A stretch of DNA of 64,000 nucleotides from Blastocatellia bacterium (GCA_035652355.1 DASRDY010000285.1:24300-88299), one strand, 5' to 3'; shown: positions 1 through 10,215, counted from the stretch's first letter. Made by a program: numbers and translations. The notes: generated from the letters alone by a model not told the origin.

Positions 1-1
1 C

Positions 2-2071
2 GAACCAGTTGCGGTTATCAGTTATGACCTGTGGCGCAGCTACAACCTGGACCCATCGATTATCGGCAGGAAAATAATTCTCCGCAAAACGCCTCTGACC
101 ATAATCGGAGTTGCACCAGACGGTTTTTTTGGGCTTGACCGCGGAAGAAAACCCGGTGTTTGGTGCCCAATAAATCTTGTTCCGGTTTTTGAGCCAGACA
201 ATCGTTTTCTGAAAAATATCAATTCCTCGTGGCTGGTAGTCATGGGAAGGCTAAAGCCGGGCATGACACAGATGCAGACGCAGCAAGAGCTGGATGTAAT
301 CTTCAAACAACAGACCGAAGAACTCATTTCGTCAAATCGCAAAATGTCTGAAAGCGAACGGCAGGCATTTCGTGCGCGGAAAATTGAAGTGGAGCAAGGC
401 AGCACCGGCCAGTCGTGGGCCAGAGTACAGTTCGGCCGTCAGACTCTGATCCTGATGATAGCGGTCGGATTGGTGTTGTTGCTGGCCTGTGCCAACGTCG
501 CCAACCTCTTAATGGCGCGTGCTGCTGCGCGGCAAAAAGAAATTGCGGTACGCCTTGCCATCGGTGCAAGTCGCTGGCGATTGGTTCGGCAGCTACTAAC
601 TGAAGGAATGGTACTGGCGATAATCGGCGGAGCTTTCGGTCTGGTCTTTGCGCATTGGGGTACGCGCATACTTTTAACCTATCTGCCGGAAAGGCTGACA
701 TACGGATACGATCTTAACCCGGATGGCCGCATCCTGCTATTTACCCTGTCAGTTTCCTTGATAACGGGAATTCTATTCGGCCTTGCTCCTGCCATGCGGG
801 CGACAAGGCTTGATTTGGCGAGCAGATTTAAAGATCAATCCAGCGGCATTACCGGGCGTTCGCGGTTTGCCATCAATAAGACTCTGATCGTCATACAAGT
901 TGCGCTGTCGGTATTCCTGTTGGTGGGAGCCGGGCTGTTCGTTCGCACTCTTCAAAATCTGAAAGGCGTGGATCTGGGATTCGACCGGAATAACTTGATG
1001 CAATTCGATGTGCGGTTGGGCAACGATTATAAAGTGCAGCAGCGAGTCAATTTTTATAAAGAAGCTCTGTCAAAGCTGGAATCTGTTCCCGGAGTGCACT
1101 CGGCCAGTATCTCCACTTTCGGGCTACTGGATGGCAGTCGAATCTATAATAGGATATCTGTTCCCGGTTATGTTCCCCAAACAGACGATGATGTTACCTG
1201 TAATGTACTCTATGTCAGCCCGAGGTTTTTTGAAACGATGGGCATAACATTGTTGTCGGGCCGTGTTTTTCAACCGCAGGACGACTTTTCAGCACAGCCG
1301 AGTGAACGAGCACCGGTTTCCCCCCCGTTATTAACTGTGATTAATCAGAAAATGGCGAATCATTTCTTCCCCGGAGAGAACCCGATTGGAAAGAGATTCA
1401 GCAACGGGATTGATCCGCAGAAAAGTCGCCAATTTGAAGTCATCGGTATCGTCAAAGACACCAACTACGAAACTCTGCGTGAAGAAAAAACAAAGATATT
1501 CTTTCTGCCTTATTTCCAGAGGCCAGACGACAGCGATATGACATTCGAAATTCGTGCTTCCGGAAGTCTGTCGAGTTACGCCCCGGCCATTCAAGGCGTT
1601 ATAAAAGATATAGATCCTAAACTACAGGTATCGGGATTTCTAACGATGAACGATCTTATCGATCGATTAGTCCTGCAGGAAAGATTCATGGCGCAACTGG
1701 CGGGTTTCTTTAGTCTCTTTGCATTGATGTTGGCCTGTATCGGTTTGTACGGAATCATGTCCTACACCGTGACCCAGAAAACAAATGAAATAGGGATAAG
1801 GATGGCGCTGGGAGCGGGCGGCGCTGATGTTATTCGACAGGTAATGAAAGAGGTTTCATTGCTGGTCGCAATCGGCATCTCCATCGGGCTGGCAGGCGCT
1901 CTTTTAGGCACCAGATTAGTCGGAAGTATGCTGTTTGGACTGACGCCGACCGATCCGGCAACGATTACATTCGCGGTTTTGTTACTTGCGATAGTTGCAG
2001 CGTTAGCCGGATTTATACCGGCGCGCAGGGCCTCGCGAATCGATCCGATGATAGCTCTCAGATATGAGTAG
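2..2071 (+). CDS. MacB/FtsX-type ABC efflux permease, ADOP-like; 5' end lies outside the window
   Basis: The frame of the listed 242..2071 ORF stays open to the window edge (EPVAVISYDLWRSYNLDPSIIGRKIILRKTPLTIIGVAPDGFFG precedes the listed Met). A large extracytoplasmic domain sits between TM blocks. The C-terminal FtsX block ends ARRASRIDPMIALRYE, the typical tail of this family. Confidence 0.85.
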   Translation, partial: EPVAVISYDLWRSYNLDPSIIGRKIILRKTPLTIIGVAPDGFFGLDRGRKPGVWCPINLVPVFEPDNRFLKNINSSWLVVMGRLKPGMTQMQTQQELDVIFKQQTEELISSNRKMSESERQAFRARKIEVEQGSTGQSWARVQFGRQTLILMIAVGLVLLLACANVANLLMARAAARQKEIAVRLAIGASRWRLVRQLLTEGMVLAIIGGAFGLVFAHWGTRILLTYLPERLTYGYDLNPDGRILLFTLSVSLITGILFGLAPAMRATRLDLASRFKDQSSGITGRSRFAINKTLIVIQVALSVFLLVGAGLFVRTLQNLKGVDLGFDRNNLMQFDVRLGNDYKVQQRVNFYKEALSKLESVPGVHSASISTFGLLDGSRIYNRISVPGYVPQTDDDVTCNVLYVSPRFFETMGITLLSGRVFQPQDDFSAQPSERAPVSPPLLTVINQKMANHFFPGENPIGKRFSNGIDPQKSRQFEVIGIVKDTNYETLREEKTKIFFLPYFQRPDDSDMTFEIRASGSLSSYAPAIQGVIKDIDPKLQVSGFLTMNDLIDRLVLQERFMAQLAGFFSLFALMLACIGLYGIMSYTVTQKTNEIGIRMALGAGGADVIRQVMKEVSLLVAIGISIGLAGALLGTRLVGSMLFGLTPTDPATITFAVLLLAIVAALAGFIPARRASRIDPMIALRYE

Positions 2072-2160
2072 TCGACCTGTCAAGCCACGCTTGTCACCCG
2101 AAGATTGGCGTGATATAGGTTCATTGTTATGGCAATGAACTTATCAGGATTGATTTGTTG

Positions 2161-3435
2161 ATGGCTTCGAATCGGTCGCCGCTGTTCATAATTTTTATAA
2201 CTGTTTTTATTGACTTGATTGGATTTGGAATTGTAATTCCGATCCTGCCGATTTATGCAGAGAAATTCGGCGCAACCCCGCTGACAGTTGGACTGTTGCT
2301 GGCCTCGTTTTCTGTTTGCCAGTTTTTAGCCACTCCGATACTTGGTCGACTTTCGGATCGGTACGGCCGACGGCCGATATTATTTTTCAGCCTGGCCGGT
2401 ACTTCGCTTGCATTTCTGACGATGGGATTCGCCAACGCTTTATGGCTGCTTTTCGTCGCCAGAATCGTGGATGGAATTACAGGCGGCAACATATCTACAG
2501 CGCAGGCGTATATTGCCGATGTCACGACTCCGGAAAATCGCGCAAAAGGATTGGGGATGATAGGAGCCGCATTCGGTCTTGGGTTCATAATCGGTCCGGC
2601 AATCGGCGGCGTGCTGAGTAAATTCGGTCTTCCTGTTCCTTTTCTGTTTGCATCAGCCCTGGCGGCGGCAAATGCGATTCTGCTTTATTTTCGTTTACCG
2701 GAAACAGTCAAACGTGACGGTTCGCCTGCGAAGGCTTCGGCGCGCAGAGGATGGGGGATTGTCGGGATTTCGTTACCAGACACCGGTCTTAAGCTGATCC
2801 TGATCGTTTACTTCGTCGGCACGGTAGCTTTCGCAACGCTGACTGCAACCCTGGCACTTTACACCAGTCACGCAAGGCAATTTCATTACGATGCTACGCA
2901 TAATGGCTACATCTTCACATTCGTGGGAATAATCGGCGCGATCGTTCAAGGAGGTCTGCTGGGACGATTGGTCAAACAATTTGGCGAATCACTGCTGGTA
3001 GTTGTGGGTTTGGTTTCATTAGGCGCAGGTCTCGCGTTTCTCCCTTACTTAACAACTTTGATTGGGCTGTTGGTCGCGCTGGCTCTGATAGCGATTGGCA
3101 ACGGTCTGGTTACGCCGAGCCTGACTGCGCTGGCTTCGAAACGCACTTCGGAAAAGAAACAGGGTGAAATTCTGGGAATAACTCAATCTTTGAACAGCCT
3201 TGCTCGAGTTATTGGGCCGATTGTTGGCAATTTTCTTTTAGGTTTCGGAATAACCGAAGCTGCCGGTTCGGTGAGCGAATCAACCAGCGTCCCTGGTCAG
3301 GCTATGGCATCGCCCTTTGTTATGAGCGCTATTGTGACAGCATTGGCGTTTGCGCTGGCAATCTTTTATTATCTGAAATGGGGAAACAAGAAATTAGTCG
3401 GTTTTGAACGGTCACAACAGCAATCGGAGACATAG
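2161..3435 (+). CDS. MFS transporter (drug/H+ antiporter-like, 12 TM)
   Basis: MFS motif A GRLSDRYGRRPILF lies after TM2 and the protein is hydrophobic throughout. The listed ORF begins at TTG 2155; the first ATG is 2161, so the start is uncertain by 2 codons. Confidence 0.85.
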   Translation: MASNRSPLFIIFITVFIDLIGFGIVIPILPIYAEKFGATPLTVGLLLASFSVCQFLATPILGRLSDRYGRRPILFFSLAGTSLAFLTMGFANALWLLFVARIVDGITGGNISTAQAYIADVTTPENRAKGLGMIGAAFGLGFIIGPAIGGVLSKFGLPVPFLFASALAAANAILLYFRLPETVKRDGSPAKASARRGWGIVGISLPDTGLKLILIVYFVGTVAFATLTATLALYTSHARQFHYDATHNGYIFTFVGIIGAIVQGGLLGRLVKQFGESLLVVVGLVSLGAGLAFLPYLTTLIGLLVALALIAIGNGLVTPSLTALASKRTSEKKQGEILGITQSLNSLARVIGPIVGNFLLGFGITEAAGSVSESTSVPGQAMASPFVMSAIVTALAFALAIFYYLKWGNKKLVGFERSQQQSET

Positions 3436-3437
3436 AA

Positions 3438-3644
3438 ATGAAACGTCAATTTAAAGCCACACTGACAGAAGAGAGCGGTATATTCGTGGCGCAGTGTCTC
3501 GATGTAGATGTCGCCAGTCAGGGTTCGACTGAGGCTGAGGCGCTTGCCAATTTAAAAGAAGCCTTAGAACTGCATTTTGAACCTCCTTACGCTACTGAAT
3601 ATCCAGCCGTAAAAAGTATAGAGGTTGACCTGTATGCCGCTTAA
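3438..3644 (+). CDS. hicB: HicB-family antitoxin-like protein (UPF0150 fold)
   Basis: This 68-aa protein reads FKATLTEESGIFVAQCLDVDVASQGSTEAEALANLKEALELHFE, the typical short HicB N-domain pattern. Its stop overlaps the start of a HicA-like frame by 11 nt. Confidence 0.7.
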   Translation: MKRQFKATLTEESGIFVAQCLDVDVASQGSTEAEALANLKEALELHFEPPYATEYPAVKSIEVDLYAA

Positions 3645-3857
3645 TCCTCTACCCTATCGAGAGGTGAAGCGTAGCCTTGAAGTTGCGGGTTTTTCTTAAG
3701 GTTAGCCAGAAGGGTAGCCATGTGAAGTTCGCGAAAAAAACGGACACAGGAACTCGAACCGCTATTGTTCGAGCCTATGCAGAAATAGCATCAGGAACGA
3801 TCCGAAGCATTATTCGCCCAGGCTGGCATTACTCGGGATGAATGGGAAACCTTATAA
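3634..3857 (+). pseudogene. hicA: HicA-family mRNA-interferase toxin gene disrupted by two frameshifts
   Basis: From ATG 3634, frame 1 gives MPLNPLPYREVKRSLEVAGF and then TAA at 3697. HicA-like sequence continues in frame 2 from the T5 run at 3690-3694 (FLKVSQKGSHVKFAKKTDTGTRTAIVRAYAEIASGTIRSIIR). The family-typical C-terminus QAGITRDEWETL* is in a third frame ending at 3857. Confidence 0.6.
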
Positions 3858-4261
3858 CCACCTGCATATCTCTCCAAAATATTTGCCGGGTTATGTAACG
3901 TTGTCGAGCCGATTTCACATAATTTTCCATAACTGCTTCGTTTCTTTGGCCTCAGCGTAATTGCACCTTGGCTCCAACATTTTACCACGCCTATAATGCC
4001 CCCAGCCTTGGATAGTCTCATCCGACTCCAAGCGCAGTACCAATAGAGTCGAGAGATTCTAATTCACGATTTCTGCCCTTATCAGCGCCGAAAATGTCGG
4101 CGCGCGCGAGCCCAATCACCCGTGGTTTGCGCGAAACAGATTTGTAAAGCGAGAGATAACTTCTACAGCTTTTTGCCCAGGCGTTCCGACGCATCTGCCC
4201 TTAACACAAGGCGAAAAGTTTGGACACAACTGGGCAACCCCACTCTAAAAGAGGGAGATAT

Positions 4262-7200
4262 ATGAGAACTGCAAGGGTACTATTCAAGCCTATAATCTGG
4301 CTGTTATTGGTTGGCGTTGCTGCATTGGCAATGACATTCGGCGCTGATTTGCTGTCTGGCTCAGCAAAGGCCGCCGGTTTCGCTAATAGCGCGTCGTTTA
4401 CTCTGTTCAGTCCGCCGCCACCATTCGTTCGATGCGTGACGACGGGTGCAATCGACCCAAGCTGTAATGATACTCACACTACAATCCAGGGCGCGATCAA
4501 TGCTGCCTTGCCTGGCGATACCATTTTGATTGCGCCGGGCACGTATATTGAGCAAATCACCGTCAACAAGAACCTGACCATTACCACCACCGGACCAGGA
4601 GTTGTTATTCAGTCGCCATCCACTCCGCTGGTTCCCGATGCCGTTGGACAACTTAATATTGTCACGATAACGGGTGGCGTAAATGTCAGTATCAGCAACC
4701 TGGTAGTACTCGGTCCTGGTCCTGGTCCATGCGCAAGCATAAACTCGGGCATATTTGTCAGCGGCAACTCGGTTGCTTCGATCACCGGGCTAATTATTCC
4801 CGAGATTCACGATAACCCATTTGGCGGCTGCCAGAACGGCGTCGGCATCCAGGTCGGAAAACAGTCCGTTGCGCAACTCGGTCACGCCGTCATCACAAAC
4901 ACCGCCGTGAGCAATTACCAGAAGGCGGGCATTGTCGTTGACGGAACAGGATCCGACGCGACCATAACGGGCGATACAATCGACGGCCACGGTAATACGA
5001 CCTTGATCGCTCAAAACGGCATTCAGATCAGCCGCGGAGCGACAGCGATCGTCGATAACAACCTTGTTCAGGGAAATGAATTCGACGGCCCCGGCAGTGG
5101 CAGTGACATTCTAAACGATGTACAGTCGGTCGGTATCCTTCTGTTTAATGCCGGCGATGGAACTGTTATCGAAAACAACAACGTCACCGCTAATGACATC
5201 GGCATTTATGACCTTAACTTAGGCGCAGTGAACATCAACAATAACCACCTGACGATCAACCGGTATGGCGGAATCGTACAGGATCAGGGAACTGGTAACC
5301 TGAATCACAATACTGTCAGCGGTGGACTTCATTCTGTGTTCGTGGCTTCGTTTAGCGGGGCTACCGGCGATTCAATAGCGATCCTGAATGGCAACACACT
5401 CAGTCCGGGTCCTGGCGGAACGGCCCTCGACACTGGTGATGCCGACACAGGAGATGCGTTTGTTCCGTTCTTCCAGAACGTTTTCTGTGCGGCTCCTCCT
5501 GCGGGCCTCGTTAGCTGGTATCCTGGCGATGGAAATGCGACTGACGTTGCCGGTGGACACGATGGCACTTTGGTGGGTGGAGCGACCTTCTCCCCCGCAG
5601 GCGAAGTCGGGCAAGCATTCAACTTTAACGGCATCAACGCGGGCGTCAGCGTTCCCGATACGGCCAGTCTGAATTTTGGAGCAAATTCCGACTTCTCGAT
5701 TGACGCCTGGATCCACATTCCCACGAGCGCCAATCCGACTAAAACGGTTGTCGATATCGTCGATAAGCGCTCATTCAGTCCCAACCCGATGGGCTACTCC
5801 ATGTTCCTGCTGAATGGACAACTGGGTGTTCAGCTTGCGGATGGCGCTACTGTCCACAATTACGTCGGTCCGAGCACCGGTGAGTTGCGCGATGGGCAGT
5901 TCCACTTTGTTGCTGCAACAGTAACCAGGGCTTCCGCCGGAACTTTTGCGGTCAATCTCTACGTTGACGGTGTTTTGAAAGATACGATAACCAGCAATGC
6001 GATCCTCGGTGACCTGACAAATACCGGAGCTCTGCAGATTGCATTCAATCCCGATCCCGGTGTTCCCGCTGCAACGAAATTTGCTCCGGGACTGTTCGAT
6101 GAGATCGAGATTTTCAACCGCGCTCTGAGTTCGGCCGACGTTGCGTCGCTTTTTAATCCGTTGATTGCGGGCAAATGCAAGGTGACCGATGTCGGGCTCA
6201 CCAAAACGCACACAGGTACATTCACGGTCGGACTGACCGGGACATACAACCTGACGGTTACCAATGTCGGAACCCTCAGAGCAACTTCACCTATCACGGT
6301 TTCGGACACACTGCCCGCCGGTATGAGCTTCTTAGCCGTCGGTGCAGGATCTGATCCGGGTTGGCTCTGCTCTGGCTCGACAACCGTTAATTGTACAAAC
6401 AATACACAGTTGCCAGTAAGTGCTTCATTCCCGCTCAACCTTGACGTCACTGTGACGCAGGGCGGTGCAAGAACGAACAATGCCGTTGTTTCAATGTTCG
6501 GCGACAGCAATTCGGGCAATGACAACGCCAGTGACACACTGACGGTGGCAAAGGCAAATACAAACACAGCTCTCGCGTCATCGGTAAATCCGTCTGTCTT
6601 CGGTCAGCCGGTAACATTTACGGCAACCGTGACAGCGACAGGAATTACTCCTGTCGGCAACGTCGAATTCTTTGACGGCTTAACCTCGCTGGGCGTGTTC
6701 CCGACCTCCGGTGGAATTGCATCAGTTACGGTGTCAAACCTGAATGTAGGTTCGCACTCTGTCACTGCGCAATTCACTGATGGCGGCGATTTCAATAACA
6801 GCACCGCCAGCGCGTTAAATCAGGTCGTTAATCCTGCAAATACGAATACTTCACTGGTTTCGTCGGTTAACCCGTCTGTCTTCCAGCAGACAGTGACTTT
6901 CACCGCAACTGTCACAGTAGTACCTCCGGGTGGCGGAACGTTGTCAAACACCGTGACCTTCAGGGACGGCACGACTGTGATTGACGTAGTACCTATTGGT
7001 CCTGGTGGCGTTGCGACGACCACACGGAACTCACTGTCGGTCGGCAGCCATCCGATAACGGCTTCCTATAATGGAGATGGCGCTCATAACGGAAGCCTGT
7101 CCAATACCGTAGTTCAGATAGTGAACAAGGCTAATACCACATTGACGCTGACCTCGTCGGCCAATCCTGGGAATCCGGGCGGCATCGTGATGTTCACAGC

Positions 7201-8557
7201 AACGATCGGTGTTGTTCCTCCGGGATCGGGATCACCGATACCGCCGACAGGAACGGTAACATTCAAGGAAGGCGCAACAACGCTTGGTATCCGACCGGTC
7301 GGAGGACCAGGAGTAGCAACGTTCTCAACCTCGTTGCTGGGCGCCGGTCAGCACTCGATCACCGCGTTCTACAGTGGCGATGGTAACTTTAACCCGAGCA
7401 CGTCAAACACGCTGGTGCAGACTATGGGTCGTGCAGATATGTTCGTCAACCAGAGTACGGGACAGGATCCTGTGATGGTTGGTGACACGCTGCATTTCGA
7501 CATCGGCGTCGGCAGCGGCGGACCAAACGACGCATTCAACGTGGTTCTGCACCTCAACACACCTTCTGGCACATTCTTCGCGGGCGTCACACCTGACGTC
7601 GGATCGTGCACAGCGCCGCAAGTAGGTTTGACTGGAGCAATCACTTGCAGCCTGGGCAATTTCTCGCCGGGTGAAAACCATCACGTACATCTCGATCTGT
7701 TCGTCGATACAACATATTCGACGATCACCAACGTCGCCCACGTGACGACGGATTCGCTTGATCCTGACCTGACCAACAACACCATCTCTCGCACGGTGAA
7801 AGTCACGCTGATAAGCGCGCTGAGCATGACGAGTGTGCCAGTGAGCAGCAAGGCGACAACCGTGACGGTGATCGGCACGAACTTCCAGGGTGGCTCGACG
7901 GTTGAAGTGAATGGCGTCAGCCGACCTGCGACGATGGTTAGCAGCGGCAGACTGAGCGTTACGTTGACAGCATCGGATCTGTCGAAGACGGGCACACTGA
8001 CCCTGAGAGTAGTTGATCCCAGCGGCAGGAAGTCGAACGCCAAGACGTTGAACGTGGTATCGTCGAGCAACCGACGAACCCACGGAGAGCAGACTGGCGA
8101 AGAGACCGGCAACGCAGGTGGCAGCGGAACAGCTTCTCCTGCGACGCAGTCTACACAGCCGACGACCTCAGGTCAGGGCAAGACTGTAAGCCCGGCATCC
8201 AATAGCGGATCACCTGTTATTATCATGCCGACCACTGGCGTCACCGATAAGGACACTAAGGGTGAGAACGAAGCGCAGGCTTCAATTGACACTCTCAGCG
8301 TTACTGATGTTCAAGTCGGCAGCAAGCCGGTGACGGTCAAGATCACGGGCGCGAACTTCGATTCCGGATTACTGATACAGGTAAACGGAGAGAGCAGAGT
8401 CGCCAAGCTCATCGACGCCAACACGATGAGCATCACGCTCACCAGCGAAGATCTGTCAAAGACGGGGACATTGACAGTGAACGTAATCGACCAGCAGGGT
8501 CATGTCTCGAATGCCAAGGTCATCGATGTGACCGCGAGCAAGAAGGGCAAGAAGTAG
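4262..8557 (+). CDS. Large secreted multidomain protein: beta-helix + LamG-like + DUF11-like + Ig-like repeats + 2 IPT/TIG-like domains
   Basis: GAGGGAG ends 4 nt before ATG 4262; the listed ORF starts at TTG 4220. The signal/anchor is IIWLLLVGVAALAMTFGADLLSGSAKA. Domains in order: parallel beta-helix-type repeats; a ConA/LamG-like block (DFSIDAWIH, LYVDGVL); DUF11-like units (TYNLTVTNVG..DTLPAGM); four repeats NTxLxSSxNPSxxxQxVTFTATV; and two related ~80-aa C-terminal units (TVTVIGTNFQGG.. / VTVKITGANFDSG..) split by an S/T/G/Q-rich linker. Confidence 0.8.
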   Translation: MRTARVLFKPIIWLLLVGVAALAMTFGADLLSGSAKAAGFANSASFTLFSPPPPFVRCVTTGAIDPSCNDTHTTIQGAINAALPGDTILIAPGTYIEQITVNKNLTITTTGPGVVIQSPSTPLVPDAVGQLNIVTITGGVNVSISNLVVLGPGPGPCASINSGIFVSGNSVASITGLIIPEIHDNPFGGCQNGVGIQVGKQSVAQLGHAVITNTAVSNYQKAGIVVDGTGSDATITGDTIDGHGNTTLIAQNGIQISRGATAIVDNNLVQGNEFDGPGSGSDILNDVQSVGILLFNAGDGTVIENNNVTANDIGIYDLNLGAVNINNNHLTINRYGGIVQDQGTGNLNHNTVSGGLHSVFVASFSGATGDSIAILNGNTLSPGPGGTALDTGDADTGDAFVPFFQNVFCAAPPAGLVSWYPGDGNATDVAGGHDGTLVGGATFSPAGEVGQAFNFNGINAGVSVPDTASLNFGANSDFSIDAWIHIPTSANPTKTVVDIVDKRSFSPNPMGYSMFLLNGQLGVQLADGATVHNYVGPSTGELRDGQFHFVAATVTRASAGTFAVNLYVDGVLKDTITSNAILGDLTNTGALQIAFNPDPGVPAATKFAPGLFDEIEIFNRALSSADVASLFNPLIAGKCKVTDVGLTKTHTGTFTVGLTGTYNLTVTNVGTLRATSPITVSDTLPAGMSFLAVGAGSDPGWLCSGSTTVNCTNNTQLPVSASFPLNLDVTVTQGGARTNNAVVSMFGDSNSGNDNASDTLTVAKANTNTALASSVNPSVFGQPVTFTATVTATGITPVGNVEFFDGLTSLGVFPTSGGIASVTVSNLNVGSHSVTAQFTDGGDFNNSTASALNQVVNPANTNTSLVSSVNPSVFQQTVTFTATVTVVPPGGGTLSNTVTFRDGTTVIDVVPIGPGGVATTTRNSLSVGSHPITASYNGDGAHNGSLSNTVVQIVNKANTTLTLTSSANPGNPGGIVMFTATIGVVPPGSGSPIPPTGTVTFKEGATTLGIRPVGGPGVATFSTSLLGAGQHSITAFYSGDGNFNPSTSNTLVQTMGRADMFVNQSTGQDPVMVGDTLHFDIGVGSGGPNDAFNVVLHLNTPSGTFFAGVTPDVGSCTAPQVGLTGAITCSLGNFSPGENHHVHLDLFVDTTYSTITNVAHVTTDSLDPDLTNNTISRTVKVTLISALSMTSVPVSSKATTVTVIGTNFQGGSTVEVNGVSRPATMVSSGRLSVTLTASDLSKTGTLTLRVVDPSGRKSNAKTLNVVSSSNRRTHGEQTGEETGNAGGSGTASPATQSTQPTTSGQGKTVSPASNSGSPVIIMPTTGVTDKDTKGENEAQASIDTLSVTDVQVGSKPVTVKITGANFDSGLLIQVNGESRVAKLIDANTMSITLTSEDLSKTGTLTVNVIDQQGHVSNAKVIDVTASKKGKK

Positions 8558-8582
8558 TCGATTACACTGATCTAAACCCAGG

Positions 8583-8613
8583 AAAAAGCCCGGCCAGACT
8601 GGTCGGGCTTTTT
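8583..8613. terminator. Bidirectional rho-independent terminator between convergent genes
   Basis: AAAAA-GCCCGGC-cagactg-GTCGGGC-TTTTT: a 7-bp GC-rich stem (one G.U) flanked by an A5 run and a T5 run. It lies between the + gene ending at 8557 and mnmA ending at 8737. Confidence 0.7.
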
Positions 8614-8736
8614 CCATGTGTGCGTCTGGGATACGCAAACCAACATCCGACTTTCAACTGGTTTTGTTTTTAGTTGAGGAAGGAAATGAATCAACCCAGG
8701 GGTATGTACCTATCCATCATGGATCAGCACTTTAGG

Positions 8737-9882
8737 TTAATTGTGGTTCTTTTCCGCTTCTGTAATCCAGCCGCCGCCGACGACCAGATCGCCATCATAA
8801 AACACAGTAGCTTGCCCCGGTGTGATTGCTCTCTGGGGTTCGTCGAAGACAACTCGGACATTTCCATCGTCGAGCGGACAGATTATCGCGTCGGCTTCGG
8901 CATTGCGATAGCGTATCTTTGCCTTTGCGCGAATTGGCTCGGTTAATCTCGAAATCGAAATCCAATTCACGTTGTTCGCGATCAAGCTGCGAGACATCAA
9001 TTGATCGTTAGTACCAACCACCAGCTTGTTGTTCGAAGTATCCAGCGAAACCACATACAACGGCAACGGATACGAAACCCCAATACCTTTACGCTGTCCA
9101 ATCGTAAATTTATGAATACCTGAATGCCGGCCCAGTTCTTTACCCTCTGCGGTGACTATGTCACCTGGTACTGGTTGCCAGTTTGCTACTTGCTGGTGAA
9201 ACTCTGGCGTGTGATGTTCCTCGTCGCGAACGTAATTCTCAACAAATCGAACGTAATCACCATCCGGTATGAAGCTGATGTCCTGACTCTCTTGTTTTTC
9301 AGAGACGGTAAGATCGTATTTTCGAGCCAGCTCGCGAACCTCAGACTTGATCATTCCGCCCAGCGGAAAGATCACTTTTGCCAGTTGGTTCTGCTTCAGG
9401 TCGAACAGGAAATAAGATTGATCCTTGTTCGGATCAACACCCTTTCGCAGTAAATAGCGTCCGCGTTCCGAATCAAATTCAACACGAGCGTAATGACCTG
9501 TGGCGACCTTTTCGACGCCGATGCCTTCTGCCATTTCGACCAGTTTGGCGAATTTCAACCGGCTGTTGCAGGCTACACAAGGAATTGGAGTGCGACCGCT
9601 CAAGTACTCGGCGACGAATGGCTGGACTACTTCTGTTTCGAACTGTTTTTCTAGATTGACTACATAGAAAGGGAAACCTAATTGTGAGGCGACCGCTCGC
9701 GCGTCATAGATGTCATCGAGTGAACAACAGCGAGATTGCAGCGGCTCGCCGTTTACATCCAGGGCTCGACTGTGATCCCACAGTTGCATCGAAAGCCCGA
9801 CAATCTCATGTCCTTGTTCAAGCAACAGAGCCGCAACCGTCGAACTGTCTACTCCGCCACTCATGGCGACCGCTATCTTCAT
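8737..9882 (-). CDS. mnmA: tRNA 2-thiouridine(34) synthase MnmA
   Basis: The N-terminal PP-loop is [20 protein letters not shown]. Conserved Cys residues are present (CCSLDD, PCVACN), and the 381-aa length is full for MnmA. Confidence 0.9.
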   Translation of the reverse strand: MKIAVAMSGGVDSSTVAALLLEQGHEIVGLSMQLWDHSRALDVNGEPLQSRCCSLDDIYDARAVASQLGFPFYVVNLEKQFETEVVQPFVAEYLSGRTPIPCVACNSRLKFAKLVEMAEGIGVEKVATGHYARVEFDSERGRYLLRKGVDPNKDQSYFLFDLKQNQLAKVIFPLGGMIKSEVRELARKYDLTVSEKQESQDISFIPDGDYVRFVENYVRDEEHHTPEFHQQVANWQPVPGDIVTAEGKELGRHSGIHKFTIGQRKGIGVSYPLPLYVVSLDTSNNKLVVGTNDQLMSRSLIANNVNWISISRLTEPIRAKAKIRYRNAEADAIICPLDDGNVRVVFDEPQRAITPGQATVFYDGDLVVGGGWITEAEKNHN

Positions 9883-9935
9883 CCTTAAATCCCCCAGGGC
9901 TGATTATAGATAGCGGCGCGATTGTAAGAATGCAG

Positions 9936-10035
9936 GGGCAGGGCTCGTCCCTGCCCGGATTGCCGCAGGCAATTAAACGTTGTGTTACTCACCGATTTCA
10001 TCGTGCTTCGCACGATTCGGGCAGGGACCCTGCCC
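9936..10035. repeat. 100-nt intergenic module bounded by two copies of the palindrome GGGCAGGG/CCCTGCCC, enclosing two small hairpins
   Basis: GGGCAGGG-ctcgt-CCCTGCCC (9936-9956); ATTGCC-gca-GGCAAT (9959-9973); CGTGC-ttc-GCACG (10002-10014); GGGCAGGG-a-CCCTGCCC (10019-10035). Confidence 0.6.
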
Positions 10036-10215
10036 CTACAACGTTACCAACGATCGTAATTTCGCATCGATTTGGTGACACCATCTATAATCAGTCATGC
10101 ACTGGTAGCGTCAAACCAGCAATGGTAATATAAAAGTTTCGGTCGGGCAAACTTCGCCTATTTTAAGTTGATGAGCATTGCTCCAAAGTGACAACGATGC
10201 CAAAAACAGGAGATT

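Noticed and set aside
3791-4021. A 76-aa minus-strand ORF overlapping the 3' end of the hicA remnant.
   Set aside because: It has no RBS and no family resemblance in any of the three minus frames I translated, and it partly overlaps sequence better explained as the HicA C-terminus.
8674-8946. A 90-aa + strand ORF and other small ORFs antisense to mnmA (8826..9011, 9124..9453, 9378..9659, 9684..10133).
   Set aside because: All are embedded in or overlap the well-supported mnmA frame or the structured intergenic region, and their translations are R/C-rich nonsense.
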